64,000 nt of DNA, taken from assembly GCF_036321535.1 (NCBI RefSeq), contig NC_087437.1:7998001-8062000 (forward strand). The letters run 5' to 3'. Position 1 is the first letter of the stretch. Each line of letters opens with the position of its first letter. The translations under genes and the position numbers were made by a program. The stretch is from Camelus dromedarius (lineage: Eukaryota). The notes under the pieces were generated by a model. The model saw only the letters and a program-made list of their open reading frames with translations. It searched no databases and was not told where the DNA came from. Of the stretch, positions 52,951 to 64,000 are shown in pieces.

Positions 52951-54078
52951 CAGTTTAACCTCAGAATGGTCCCCACTGTCCTTATTCATTTTCACAACCC
53001 AGGTGCTCCCATCCTGGCTTCCTGCATTGGCCTACTTTCCCCAACCTGCTTCCCAATTAAGTTTTAACTTGTGTTTGTAGTACCTTAGCATCCTCCTCTC
53101 TAACAAAGCAATTCATTTTTATGTACTCAGACTAGAGTAAGCCCCATGTGACACGCTCTGTCTGCATGCTTTAATTTTTGTCTGTAACACCTGTGTGTGT
53201 AATGTGTGTACAGACTTACATGTTTAAAAAAAAAACCTAAGCAATAATTTCAAAATCCAGCTAGGAGTAACACGTGTTTACATTCAGCCAGAGAATACCC
53301 ACGCATTCAATGATGACAGGAAGAACTCACCTTAATTTATATGTTGATAGTTTCTCGGAAAATCAAAGTTCTACATATTTACTTGTGAAATTAATTTAAA
53401 TGTAGGAGGCCTTTTGAAATTTTTTTGATGTTAAAAAAATCCTTGCAGCTTCTTTAAATAGTTGAACTTAAATTTATTAAATATGATCGATGAGTTAATT
53501 ATCACAAAATTGATGCACAAAATTCACCTGCCATGACAAACATAACTGACAGAATGAACAAACACAATTTTTCTGCCACAAACATCCTAATGAATGAATT
53601 TTCCCATAACATTTGACTTTGGCCTACAAGTCAGTCCTTGAATTATAACAATAAAATTTTCAACTTTATAAGAAATCTCAACATTTTAGGAAACAGACAT
53701 AAATTCAAAAAAATTAATTTTGTATAACTTTAGTATCATGGTAAATACTATGGAAGTATTTGCTTTTTTGTATGTGCTCAATGGAAACAAATTGTAATGG
53801 CTAATTGTGAACTTTAAGTTCTCAGAATCTCTGGGGTCCTTAGTTATCTCCAAGTTTCTATTACAGAAGATAATAACATCCAAATTTCAATTTAATTTTT
53901 ATTATTTATTATTAAATGTTGAATAGATAAAATGAATAATTATAAAATATGTAAGGCATAAAGAATAACAATAGAGGAACCCACCTGTAATCATAAACTC
54001 ATGCTTCAGTTTAAGAAACAGAACACTTCTGATTAACCTCCAAACATGTCACCAATTCGCCATTAAAATACTACATAT

Positions 54079-54762
54079 GAAATTGGTGCAGCCACTATGA
54101 AGAACAGTGTGGAAGTTTCTTAAAAAAACTAAAAATAGACTTAACATATGACCCAGCAATCTACTCCTAGGCATATATTTGGAAAAGGTGAAAACTCTAA
54201 TCTGAAAGCTACATCTACCCCAATGTTCATAGCAGCGCTATTTACAATAGCCAAGACATGGAAGCAACCTAAATGTCCACTGACAGATGAACAGATAAAG
54301 AAGTTGTGGAATATTACTCAGCCATAAAAAAAGATGAAGTAATGCCATTTGCAGCAACATGAATGGGCCTAGAGATGATCATACTAGTGAAGTAAGTCAG
54401 ACAGAGAAACCCAAATATCATATGATATCACTTATATGTGAAATCTAAAAATAAAATGATACAAAGAACTTATTTACAAAACAGAGACACACCCACAGAC
54501 ATAGAAAAAAAACTTATGGTTACCAAAGGGGAAAGCAGGGGAGTGATAAATTAGGAATGGGATTAGCAGCTAGACATTACTATATATAAAATAGATAAAC
54601 AAAAAGGACCCACTGTTTAGCACAAGGAACTATAGTCAATGTCTTGTAATAACCGATAATGGAAAAGAATATGAAAAAGAATGCATATACCTATAACTGA
54701 ATCACTTTGCTGTACACCTAAAACTATCACAACATTGTAAATCAACTATATTTCAATTTAAA
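54079..54762 (+). mobile_element. 5'-truncated L1 3' end
   Basis: 14-bp TSD aaaatactacatat at 54065-54078 and 54763-54776; standard ORF2 end and 3'UTR. Confidence 0.96.
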
Positions 54763-55617
54763 AAAATACTACATATAAAAGAATTTAGCAGATGTGACTT
54801 TTTCTGAGCACTAGTTTACTTAACCATATTAATAATTGGTGTGTTTCTGGAAGTTTAATTACATAATCAGTATTCAGGCATTTAAAGAAGTGTACAAATG
54901 GTTGAGTTGAAAAACGAAGAAAGGGTATACAGAGTAAATAGAGATCACTTATGATTTTCTGTGACCACCAAGATAAATAAATGATGAGAGGAGTAAGTCA
55001 AAATGAGATTCATAAAACAAAGTGCCAAATGCCAACAGTCAACAGCTGGTCATTGTAGGCAAGCATGAGCTTGGGTCAAGAATCCAGAGCTTAAACACAA
55101 CAGGTGCAGTTTTGGTGAAAGTGACTCATTGCACAAATTTTCTGAGAGTTTCATACAAGAAATATACCTGAAAAAAAGAACTACAAGAGACATGTCTGTG
55201 AGGTAATAGCCAAGACAAAGGATGTGCATCAGGCAGGCATCAAGGGTCATCCGCTGCCTGTATTAGTCATGAGTAACTATTTGTTGGTTTTGCTTCAGAA
55301 TTTTATCTTAAATTAAATATTTAAATAAGGAATAAAATTCACTAACATTTTATTTAGCATTAAGAGACTCTAGAATAACTTACATTAACACTTCGTGCAG
55401 CTAGTTACTTCTTTAATGTTTCCTTTTTCTTCCATAAGTTTCACAAGGCAATGACCATGACTTTTTCATTACTGTATCCACAAATGCCCAGCCCAGTGTC
55501 CAGCACATGAGGATGTTCATTAAATATTTGCTGATTGTCTGACTACAAATAAGCTCATTGGTTCAAGATGTATCCCCCAAGAGGCAATATACTTAATTTT
55601 TAATGATAGCCTCCTTT

Positions 55618-55828
55618 CTTTTTTAATTTTTTTAATTAAATATAGTCTGTTTACAATGGTTTGTTAATTTCTGATGGGCAGCATAGCGATTCAGTTATAC
55701 ACATATATTATTCGTTTCCATATTTTTTTCATCATAGGCCATTACAAAGAATTGAAAATAGTTCCCTGCACTATACAGCAGGACATTGCTGTTTATCTAA
55801 TTCATATGTAGTAGTTAGTATCTGCAAA
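55618..55828 (-). mobile_element. Short L1 3' tail
   Basis: T tract then tatagtctgtttacaatg...tagttccctgcactatacagcaggac. Confidence 0.85.
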
Positions 55829-57134
55829 CTTTTCAACTTTCAAGAGTCTTTTCATTATTTCAAGTCCACATCAATCCAATATTTTGAGAGACTTATTGTA
55901 TCAGATTATAATTAATAATTTATCTCATTTTTAAACAAAGGTATATAAATCCCAATCACTACTTCCAGTTGGCTGCAGATAACCAGTGTTACCTCCTTAA
56001 ATTCTATAATACCAGCCAAAACTAAGAAGCCATGATGTTAGAAAAAGCCTCTGTTGCCTAATCAAAGAATTTTCTTTAGGCTGTTTTTAAATATTGAAAA
56101 TAACTCAGGACTGTCCAGCAAGCTCCTTCTCTCTGCTGTACTTAATCCCTTTTGTTTACATCTGCTACAGACTTCAAAACTGCCCTCAATCCCCTTTATA
56201 CAAAAAAATGTATCTTCACATTTCACAAAAGAGAATGAAATAATTACCCTGTACTGATTACTCTTCCTTCTCTCCAAGGCCTCACACTGGTAATGCTGCC
56301 CAAAAGACAAAAGAAATACTACAATCCCATGGGCCCAGTTACAAGGAAAAAAATGACTGATTTTAGGAGTACAGCCTTTCCCAATGTAAAACAATTTCAA
56401 AACTTCAATTTTGTAAATTCTTATGAAGCATTAAAGTTTGTGAGTTTTGTTATATACCTACTGGCACTGAATTTTTTTCTCATACTTGTCATAAGGGCTC
56501 CAGAATATTCAACTTTTCAGAATTCTCAATTCTTCTGAATAGCCCTGAAGCCAGTTTATTTACAGACTGCTAAAATGAACTGTTTTTTCCTAAGAAGCCA
56601 GCTTGAAAGATAGGGAGAAAAATAAAACTCTCTTAAAAAAAAGAAGATGGAGGAGGAGGAGAGTCATTGTTTAAAATGTAGATGCTAAGGCTTGTGTTTA
56701 CCAGGGATGGTTCTACACTTGAATAGCATGTCTGAAGCTTGTGTACTACATTTGACGTCGGGAAAGAACTTAACACCTTAAGCAGCAATATCTCCTTTCT
56801 AGATTCTTAACTGCCATCATTTGTGTTTCTCCTGGAGCCTCCCCATCACCAGAACTTCAATTCACTCTTCTCCAAGAACTTATTCTTCATCCAGAATTCC
56901 AGAAGAGTTGCAAAAGTTTTTCCCCAATCTGTCCCAGGTTAACAGTACAGTGAGTAGCTAATACTTGAAGTAATCACATGAGCACCAACTCTTTCTTCTA
57001 AGTGTCAGTGAATTTTAGGTGGAATTCAATTGGATATGATAAGAGTTTAGGCTGTGGTCTTCCAGAAGGCCACAGGGACATTGGCGCAATAAATATAACT
57101 TAACATCACTGATATCCTAACCCCTTAATAACCA

Positions 57135-57290
57135 AAAACATGGCGCAGGACCCAGCAGCATGAGGCATTCCTCAAGAGCTTGTTAGAAATGCAGAATTTC
57201 TGACCATGTCTCAGTCCTAGCGAATCATCCGCTGCATTTAAGCAAGATTCCAGCTGATACCTCTTCACATTGCATTTTGAAAAGCATTAT
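57135..57290. mobile_element. MER5A-like remnant
   Basis: gagcttgttagaaatgcagaattt...tgcatttaagcaagattcc...ttttgaaaagcatt. Confidence 0.7.
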
Positions 57291-57584
57291 TTTAATTGAC
57301 ATAACCTATCAGCAGCAACAACATTCAGAACCATATAATGAATCTGCCAACCACCACCACCACTAACCTTTTATACAAGACATGCGTCCTGTTTCTTCAC
57401 CACTGTTAGTAAATAACTATGCACATTCTTAAAACCTGGCTTTTGCATACTGATGTAGAATGTTCATAACAAACTTATTCTTGGGTAGAGAGAATTACTA
57501 TTGTAAATATACTTCAGAAATTGGCTTTTTATAAGCTAATATTTCTTACATCGAAAATGGAATTCTAACTCAAACAGTAATATG

Positions 57585-57700
57585 TAAGCACATTACTTAA
57601 CTTCTCTGGAGTTCATTTTTCTCATCGGCAAAGTAGGGATAGCAATGGGTAATCTCATAGAGTGTCATGGAAATTAAATGAGATCATACAAATGGAGCAC
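57585..57700 (+). mobile_element. MIR SINE core
   Basis: ttacttaacttctctggagttcatttttctcatcggcaaagtagggata...attaaatgagatcataca. Confidence 0.75.
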
Positions 57701-57959
57701 CCTGCTTCATCTCAAAGCTTCTCCTTTCTTGACACTTCGGTCACTTTCTCTCCTACTGGAGATGACTCTCTGCACGCAGCCAAGGGAGATGGCAGCAGGT
57801 TTACAACGCCAGCAATTCATAACTCCTGATTTCTCCAGCCAAAAACTACCCAGAAAAGATGCTTATCGGTCCTGATGAAGCATTCTGAAAAGCAAATCCT
57901 AGGTCACATCCCTAACACAAAGTGAAGTAGGGTTAGAGGAAAAAGAACAGGGTCCTCTC

Positions 57960-58965
57960 AATTCAAATTATGATTGAAAGATGGGATGGGAGTGCTTTGC
58001 AGAGGAATAACTAACAAGTAACAGGTACCTAGCCACTTCCAACATCCATTGCATGGAATGGTGTGCTTGGAAAGGGAGGAAGCTGAACCCAGAAGCAAGG
58101 CAGATTAAAATAGATGAAGGGATGCAGAAGCATCAGAAGGATCAGCAGATGCAGTGGTGCCTGTAGTATGATCAGAATAGGATTGATGTTAATATGAGTG
58201 CTTGGGGCCAATGGGAGAACAGTGAGGAGTCTTAAGCAGACTGATTAAGGTATTAAGGATTTGACTCTCCTTGCTGCATGTGGAATGGAGCTGTGATTCT
58301 CAACTTGGGTTACACATTATAATCTTGGGGAAATTATTTAAATCACATACTTAGGCCACACCCCAGACAAATTAAATCAGAATTCTCCATGTGAGACCCA
58401 AGTACCAGTAGTTTGTGTGTTTCCGGGTGAATCTAATATACAATCAGGTTAAGACCCACTGACCACTGGATGAGGGAGGCAAGAATGAGGCAAGGAGTCC
58501 CTATAGAAGACTGTTGCATTAGTGCCCACTAGAGACCATCGAAACTTGGATGATACTGATGGCAGTAGAAGTGGACAGCTTCCAGGTATATTTAAAAAGA
58601 GTCTACAGGAATTGATAATGGACTGGTGTAGAGTAGGTCGGGGTATGGGAGAAAAAAGAATTTAAGGGTGGTCTTACATATCTGCATAGATGATGGCTGT
58701 TCCCTGATAAGGAAAAGATACGGAGAAAAACAGGTTGGGCATGGTGGAGAATCACAAGTTCAGGACATGTTAAATTTGAGATGTAAGTGAATCATGTCAG
58801 GCATGTGGTTGGAGTCAGATAAAAGAACTGGACTGGAGACATGCATCTGCGGATCATCAGAATATAGACAATATTTTGAGCCATGAGAATAGATGAAATA
58901 TCTCAGTAAAACATAGGGAGAGAAAGAAAAAGGAAAGCATTGCATGCCAACCCAAGGAGACATGA
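57960..58965 (-). mobile_element. L2 LINE with nested MER5-like element (about 58290-58462)
   Basis: caagttcaggacatgttaaatttgagatg...ggactggagacatgcatctg; nested ctgtgattctcaacttgg...aattaaatcagaa...ggttaagacccactg. Confidence 0.75.
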
Positions 58966-59851
58966 AAGTCTTGATGCTTGCAGATAATGTAAATCTGTTT
59001 TGAGTCTCCCAGGTGATTCTGATAATGAACCAGGCTGGAAACCACAGTTCTATAGTATTTTTTTCTAGTAAGCTCTCCGGCAAAGATACCTCTCCCATGT
59101 TTCAAATAATCCCATTCCTGGAAAGGGGGATATGCTTCTCAAAATACTCAGTGAAAATAATCCCTGGGAGAACTCATGAGGAAAATCATTAACACAATTG
59201 ATATGTAGTAATATGATGTATATAATAAAATACACATAATAAAATATGTGTATAATAGATATGTATAATAAAATACACAGTAAAATACGATGTGTATTAT
59301 AAGAAGTAATGTTGACTAACTGGATAGATATCAACACATTGAATATCCTGGTTTCTTGTACCAGCCTTTTGAGACCAGATAATTAAACACTCTCAAAAAG
59401 TGTATGTATTTTTCCCAGAAGCTTGTACCAAACTTGTGACATGAACAGAACAGGATCTGTTCATGTCAGAAGGAATCATGAAGGGGCAGATGGAAGCTCT
59501 AAAATGGAACAGTAATTACAGTAAAGGAGCATAACTATTACTTACAATTACATGCCTCGCTAGAGTTCTTTCCTTCAGTTCTAGAGGTTTGACCCCTTCT
59601 GAAGTAGAGTACTTGTAAATACTAGGGGGTAAGACAGATTTAAAGGTTATCTGTCAGGAGGTAGAGGCATATACTTCACAAACTTCTGTAGCTTCATGAA
59701 AGGAGACTGAAAAACACAGCAAATGTCATCTTAAAAAATAGGTGCTTAAAGTCAGAACGAATATAAATAATTTATTGAAATATTAAATTTCAGGTCAATA
59801 CCTATAAGTTCTAATGGATAATAAAGTAGCATAAAAAGTATTTTCATCCCA

Positions 59852-60399
59852 TTAAATGAATGAAATTTTTCCATTTTGCAGCAACATGGATGGAGTTGGC
59901 ATTATGCTAAGTGAAATAAACCAGGCAAAGACAAATACTGTACGGTATCACTTATATGTGGGATCTAAAAAGTACAACAAACTAGCAAATATAACAAAAA
60001 GAAGCAGACTTACAGATATAAAGAACAAACTAGTGGTTCATGAACTTGATTTTGGGGACGGTTTCAGGGGTGTATACATGTGTCAAAACTTACCAGATTA
60101 CGGATGTTAACTAGACTTATTGTGGTAATCATTTACAAATATATACAAATAGCGAATCATTATGTTGTACACCTGAAGTGAATATAATGTCACATGTCAA
60201 TTATACCTCAAAAAAAAATCTTCTGGCAAAAAAAAAAAGAACAAACTAGTGGTTACCAATGGGGAGGGGCAATATAAGGGTAGGAGATTAAGAGGTACAA
60301 TTATGTACAAAATAATCTACAAGGATATGTTGAACAACACAGGGAATATAGCCAGTATTTTATGATGACTATAAACGGAGTGTAGTCCTTAAAAAAAAA
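59852..60399 (+). mobile_element. L1 3' end containing a nested insertion at 60039-60235
   Basis: aatgaaatttttccattttgcagcaacatggatgg...; 19-bp TSD aaagaacaaactagtggtt at 60020-60038 and 60236-60254. Confidence 0.93.
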
Positions 60400-60699
60400 G
60401 AGTGACTCGGGAACTCTTTCCCAAACTCTGATACTCTCCTCAATGCTGATGTATGTGACTCTCCTCTATGTTCCTGAGTAATTAGTCACCCCAGTGGATA
60501 TCACTGATTATTTAAAATAAAGTAGTAGAATGAGGAATCTTTAAAAAACAAAGTTTCATTCCAAATTATCTGCTAAAGTTAAGGGATATTCATAGAAAAA
60601 TTTGGCAGTCAGAAATTAAATAAGAACATCCAGATAGCATATTAGTCTATAGGCAGCATTTTTCCATTTTAACCTCTGCCAAATAAGGAGGCAACTCCA

Positions 60700-61725
60700 T
60701 CCAAAGACTTCTGATCTCTCTGCATCCTCTCTCTGGATAATTCTCCCACAGCACTCATGTTGATGTAAGTGACCCCCAAATTCCCACTTCTTTTCCAATC
60801 TCTTATTTCACATTTTTAATGACCAGCTGGATATTTTCACCTGGGCAATCTTAAACTCACCTAGTTCAAAATTGATTTCATCCTCTTCCTGGGAAAACCT
60901 GCACCTCCTCTTGTGTTATCTTTTTCTGTTTATGTCATCACCACCTTTTTGTCACTTTTAAACTGTAAATCTCAGATCTATCTTTGTCTCCTCCTCTTTG
61001 CCTCCAGCAGACGATACAAATCTCTGTATTCTTAGTTTCCCAGTTTTCAAGCCCTGTGCTTTTATGTTGATGGAGTCTGATGTTTGTTCCATCTTCCCAG
61101 TTCCCTCTGCCATTTCCATGTCCAATGCATGTTACCCCTTATGAAGACTAGTGTTGTATCCACTCCATTTAATATCGCCTGCAGAGATGGATGTTCTAGG
61201 AGGCTAGTGAAACTTAGATTTCAGGGCCCAACACTTACATAAGCCCCTTCCAAGATCCTGTACCTAATGTCAAATTTATAATATATTCTTTTTCTTGAAG
61301 AGCACCCCCTAATTGCTTAAGCTTCAGGCTCCCAGAGTATAAGATTAATTTTCCTAAGGCATGACTGACCATGCCATTCTCTGACTCAGTGGCTCACCAT
61401 CAATCCACACAAGTTGACCAGGTAATAAATTTATTCTTCTTTGCCTGATTGAAAAGCTTTCTCGATCTTGCCTGCACATCTCTTTCCACCTGTATTCTGT
61501 TAGTCCACTTAATGTATACTGTCCTTAAACCAGTGAGTTGCTACTACCTACCCACTTGCTAACTCACTCCACTGTGCTTCTGGCTACATATTTTCCTCTA
61601 CTCAGAGCATCCCTCCTGCCCCACCTTCACCTTTCTCCCTACCATACCCCACAAGTTGATATTCCACCCAACGGTAACGTTCCAGATCCAGTATCATCAT
61701 CCCCATGAAGTCCTCTCAGATGCTT
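60700..61725 (+). mobile_element. L2 LINE (degenerate), with a probable hAT-type insert at about 61180-61345
   Basis: ccagctggatatttt...cttaaactcacctagttcaaaattga...tcagtggctcacc...ccccatgaagtcctctcaga. Confidence 0.6.
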
Positions 61726-61794
61726 GCTAGCTAGATACTAGCTAAAATCCCATTTACTGGAATTTCTCAAATGAAATTATTGCTTTACATCCTT

Positions 61795-61940
61795 GGGGTA
61801 TAAGCAAACAAGGACCCATGTGTTGAATCCAGCCCACCACCTATTCATAAATAGTGTCATTAGAACACAGCCACACCCATTTGTTTACATATTATCCTGT
61901 GACTGCTTTTGCATGACAGCAACAGAATTGAGTTTTATGA
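61795..61940. mobile_element. MER58-like hAT-Charlie fragment
   Basis: gcaaac...aatccagccc...gaacacagccacacccatttgtttacatatt...tgcttttgcatgacagcaacagaattgagt. Confidence 0.8.
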
Positions 61941-62172
61941 CTTTTATCCAGAATATATATTTATATATACTTTCATCTTTTAAACTTCCTAAAATTATGA
62001 GCTTTTCCTCTTAGTCAGTAGTTAATTGGGCAGGCTGACTTATCATATCAGGTTTTATTTGCGTTGTTATTTCTTGCATCCCAGGTGAAAGACACCTGGA
62101 ACATAGAGTAGAGACGTTAAGATGGTGGCTGGGAGGACACTGACTGATCTATGCATTAAGAAAGTCATTCTT

Positions 62173-62276
62173 TTTTTAATAGTTAGATTTTTTTATTGAA
62201 GTACAGTCAGTGCAATGTATCAATTTCTGTTGTACAGCACAATGCTTTAGTCATACATACACATACATATATTCCC
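62173..62276 (-). mobile_element. Very short L1 3' tail insertion
   Basis: 15-bp TSD with one mismatch (aagaaagtcattctt 62158-62172; aagaaaatcattctt 62277-62291); same tail type as the 19066 copy. Confidence 0.88.
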
Positions 62277-62444
62277 AAGAAAATCATTCTTGGTGTAAGG
62301 GTTTGTGGATAGAAGAACCTTCCATCAGAGGTGCAAGATACTATAGTAGACAATGAAATGTGATGCTCAGAAAAGGACTTTCAGGAGAGAACTTACTCCC
62401 CAGCTGTGAAGAGAGTCGTTGGCTAATAGCCTTGCCAACAGGAT

Positions 62445-62750
62445 GTGTACTCAAACTTCCTGAAATTTGTCAGTGATAGGTGACAATAACAGTAGTTTCA
62501 ATATGTGTTTCCTGACCATGAACAAGATAGAACATTTTTTCGTATGCTTATTTTCAAGTGTTTACAAATTATTTCATTTCTATAAGTTGTGTCTTCATAT
62601 CCTTTGACTGTTCTTCAGTTGGGCTGATAGTCTTAATATTGATTTGTAGAAATTCTTTGAAATTGATTTGTATATTAGGGAAGTTGACTTTTTATCTACA
62701 ATGTTAGCTGCCCTTCATTTTCCTTGTCTTTTGAATTTGTTTATGGTGGC
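62445..62750 (-). mobile_element. Old L1M ORF2-end fragment (continues about 63340-63420)
   Basis: gaacattttttcgtatgcttatt...ttcatatcctttgact...ttgatttgtagaaattcttt...ttgaatttgtttatggtg. Confidence 0.65.
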
Positions 62751-62752
62751 TG

Positions 62753-63336
62753 TGTTGTGAGAGCTGATTTCTGCAGGTCTGGAATTAGCCTGAGCTGTTT
62801 GGCTGAAGTACCTGCACAGCACTGACCCCTGGTCAAGGTATCAAATGAACTGATTAATAGTGTTGCTTTGTAACCACGGGTTTTAGGTGAGTTTTGTCAT
62901 AGTAGTTTATACAAGCTTGTTAGCATTGTTGATTGACAGCAGTGAGAACGATGATTTGTACCCAGCCTCACTGAGACCCCCTGAGGAGCTCTCACATAGG
63001 AGCCAGTTACATGGAGGGAATGTGCCTAAGTGACCAGCAAGGTGAAAAAGCCCCATCTGAGACTCCGTTGGGGGTTCCCTGGTTCTGAGATACTTTGTGC
63101 ACAGGTCCGTGGTTCCTGATCTGAGAGATGAAGGGCATCCTGGGCGAGCCCTCCAGACAAGGTACGGTTGGAGTTGGCACCTGGCCTCTCCAGGCTGCCG
63201 TTAGCTGTGGTGCGTATCCGTATATTACTGTGGTTGCTATATTATATCATTTTCCTGTAATAAACTGTAGATTTTAAAGCACTGACATTTGAGGTCCTAT
63301 GAGTCTTCTTTAACAGTCAGATCCTGTCACCATCAA
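62753..63336 (+). mobile_element. MER21/MER77-like solo LTR
   Basis: TG start; gcctaagtgaccagc...gttccctggtt...cacctggcctctccag...tgtaataaactgta...tcctatgagtcttct; CA end. Confidence 0.65.
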
Positions 63337-64000
63337 TCAGTGCAGTGATTTTGGTATTAAAAATTTCATTTCATCTTTATATAGTCAAAACTGTCAGTCT
63401 GCTTTCTAGCTTTGGGATTTGTTGTGCTATTATTTTTATCTAAACTAATTTTTTCATCTGATATTTGATCTATTTTACCTTTGTTCTTGGCTTAAAATTG
63501 CTTCAGTTGTTGTGGAATTTTGAGTCTCAGACTTGTTGAGTGGGAGCTTTTGCCTTCTTTCTCTCTCTCCTCTCCATCCCAGGTGGACTTATATTGATGA
63601 TTCAAATTCCTTACCCCAGAGTGATTTGGGAAGTATAGTAAATTGAGTTCAGTCACTGAGCCAGTAGGAGGCTTGCCCCATTGATACTGGTGAGGCTGAA
63701 TCCCAACTCCGCAGGCTCAAAAATTTCTATTAGTCATAGGTTCACAAGAACTTTTTTCTGACTCATTTCCAGAGCCCAGGACATTGAAAGTGAGTCCCAT
63801 ACAGTCTCAATATACATGTTACCCAAAGCCCAACAAATCTATATTTTGAACCTCAGTCAACTTTTGATTTTCTGACCATAGAGAGATGTTCTTCTAGATT
63901 TTTGACCCAACCTCTGTCTTTTACATCTTGTCCATCATTCCAACATGTTTGGAGCAAAACTTACAACTCTTATCTTGACCAGAAATGTGTGGTGGTATGC

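Noticed and set aside
53325..53400. Strong minus-strand donor AAG|gtgagt
   Set aside because: All three upstream frames are closed and there is no clear acceptor.
1..64000. CRISPR arrays, operons, defence systems, rRNA or active full-length retroelements
   Set aside because: Direct repeats occur only as pairs (TSDs), with no repeat-spacer periodicity; the DNA is mammalian and every L1 is truncated or disrupted.

Overview
This is non-prokaryotic DNA: an AT-rich, CpG-depleted, repeat-dense stretch of placental mammal genome, most likely intronic or intergenic. It is dominated by LINE-1 (L1) copies of several ages: two degenerate ORF2+3'UTR copies of about 3.8 kb and many 5'-truncated 3' ends, several with readable target-site duplications (TSDs). 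It also holds ancient L2, MIR, MaLR/ERVL LTRs, hAT-Charlie MER elements and microsatellites. I saw no Alu, Bov-A/tA, CHR or PRE1 SINEs. With the artiodactyl-type L1 tails this suggests a camelid, which is an inference only. No host protein-coding gene is recognisable; the ORF track is explained by repeats, low complexity or chance. I found no evidence of a novel multi-gene system, CRISPR array or RNA gene cluster. The best-supported unusual items are L1-machinery by-products read directly from TSDs: a tailless 5'-half tRNA-Gly retrocopy, a near-orphan 3' transduction, a chimeric nested insertion, an L1 with a foreign 5' segment and a twin-priming-type inversion. Several splice-site-bounded candidate exons are listed at low confidence. 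Repeat family names come from recalled consensus sequences, and boundaries of old repeats are approximate.
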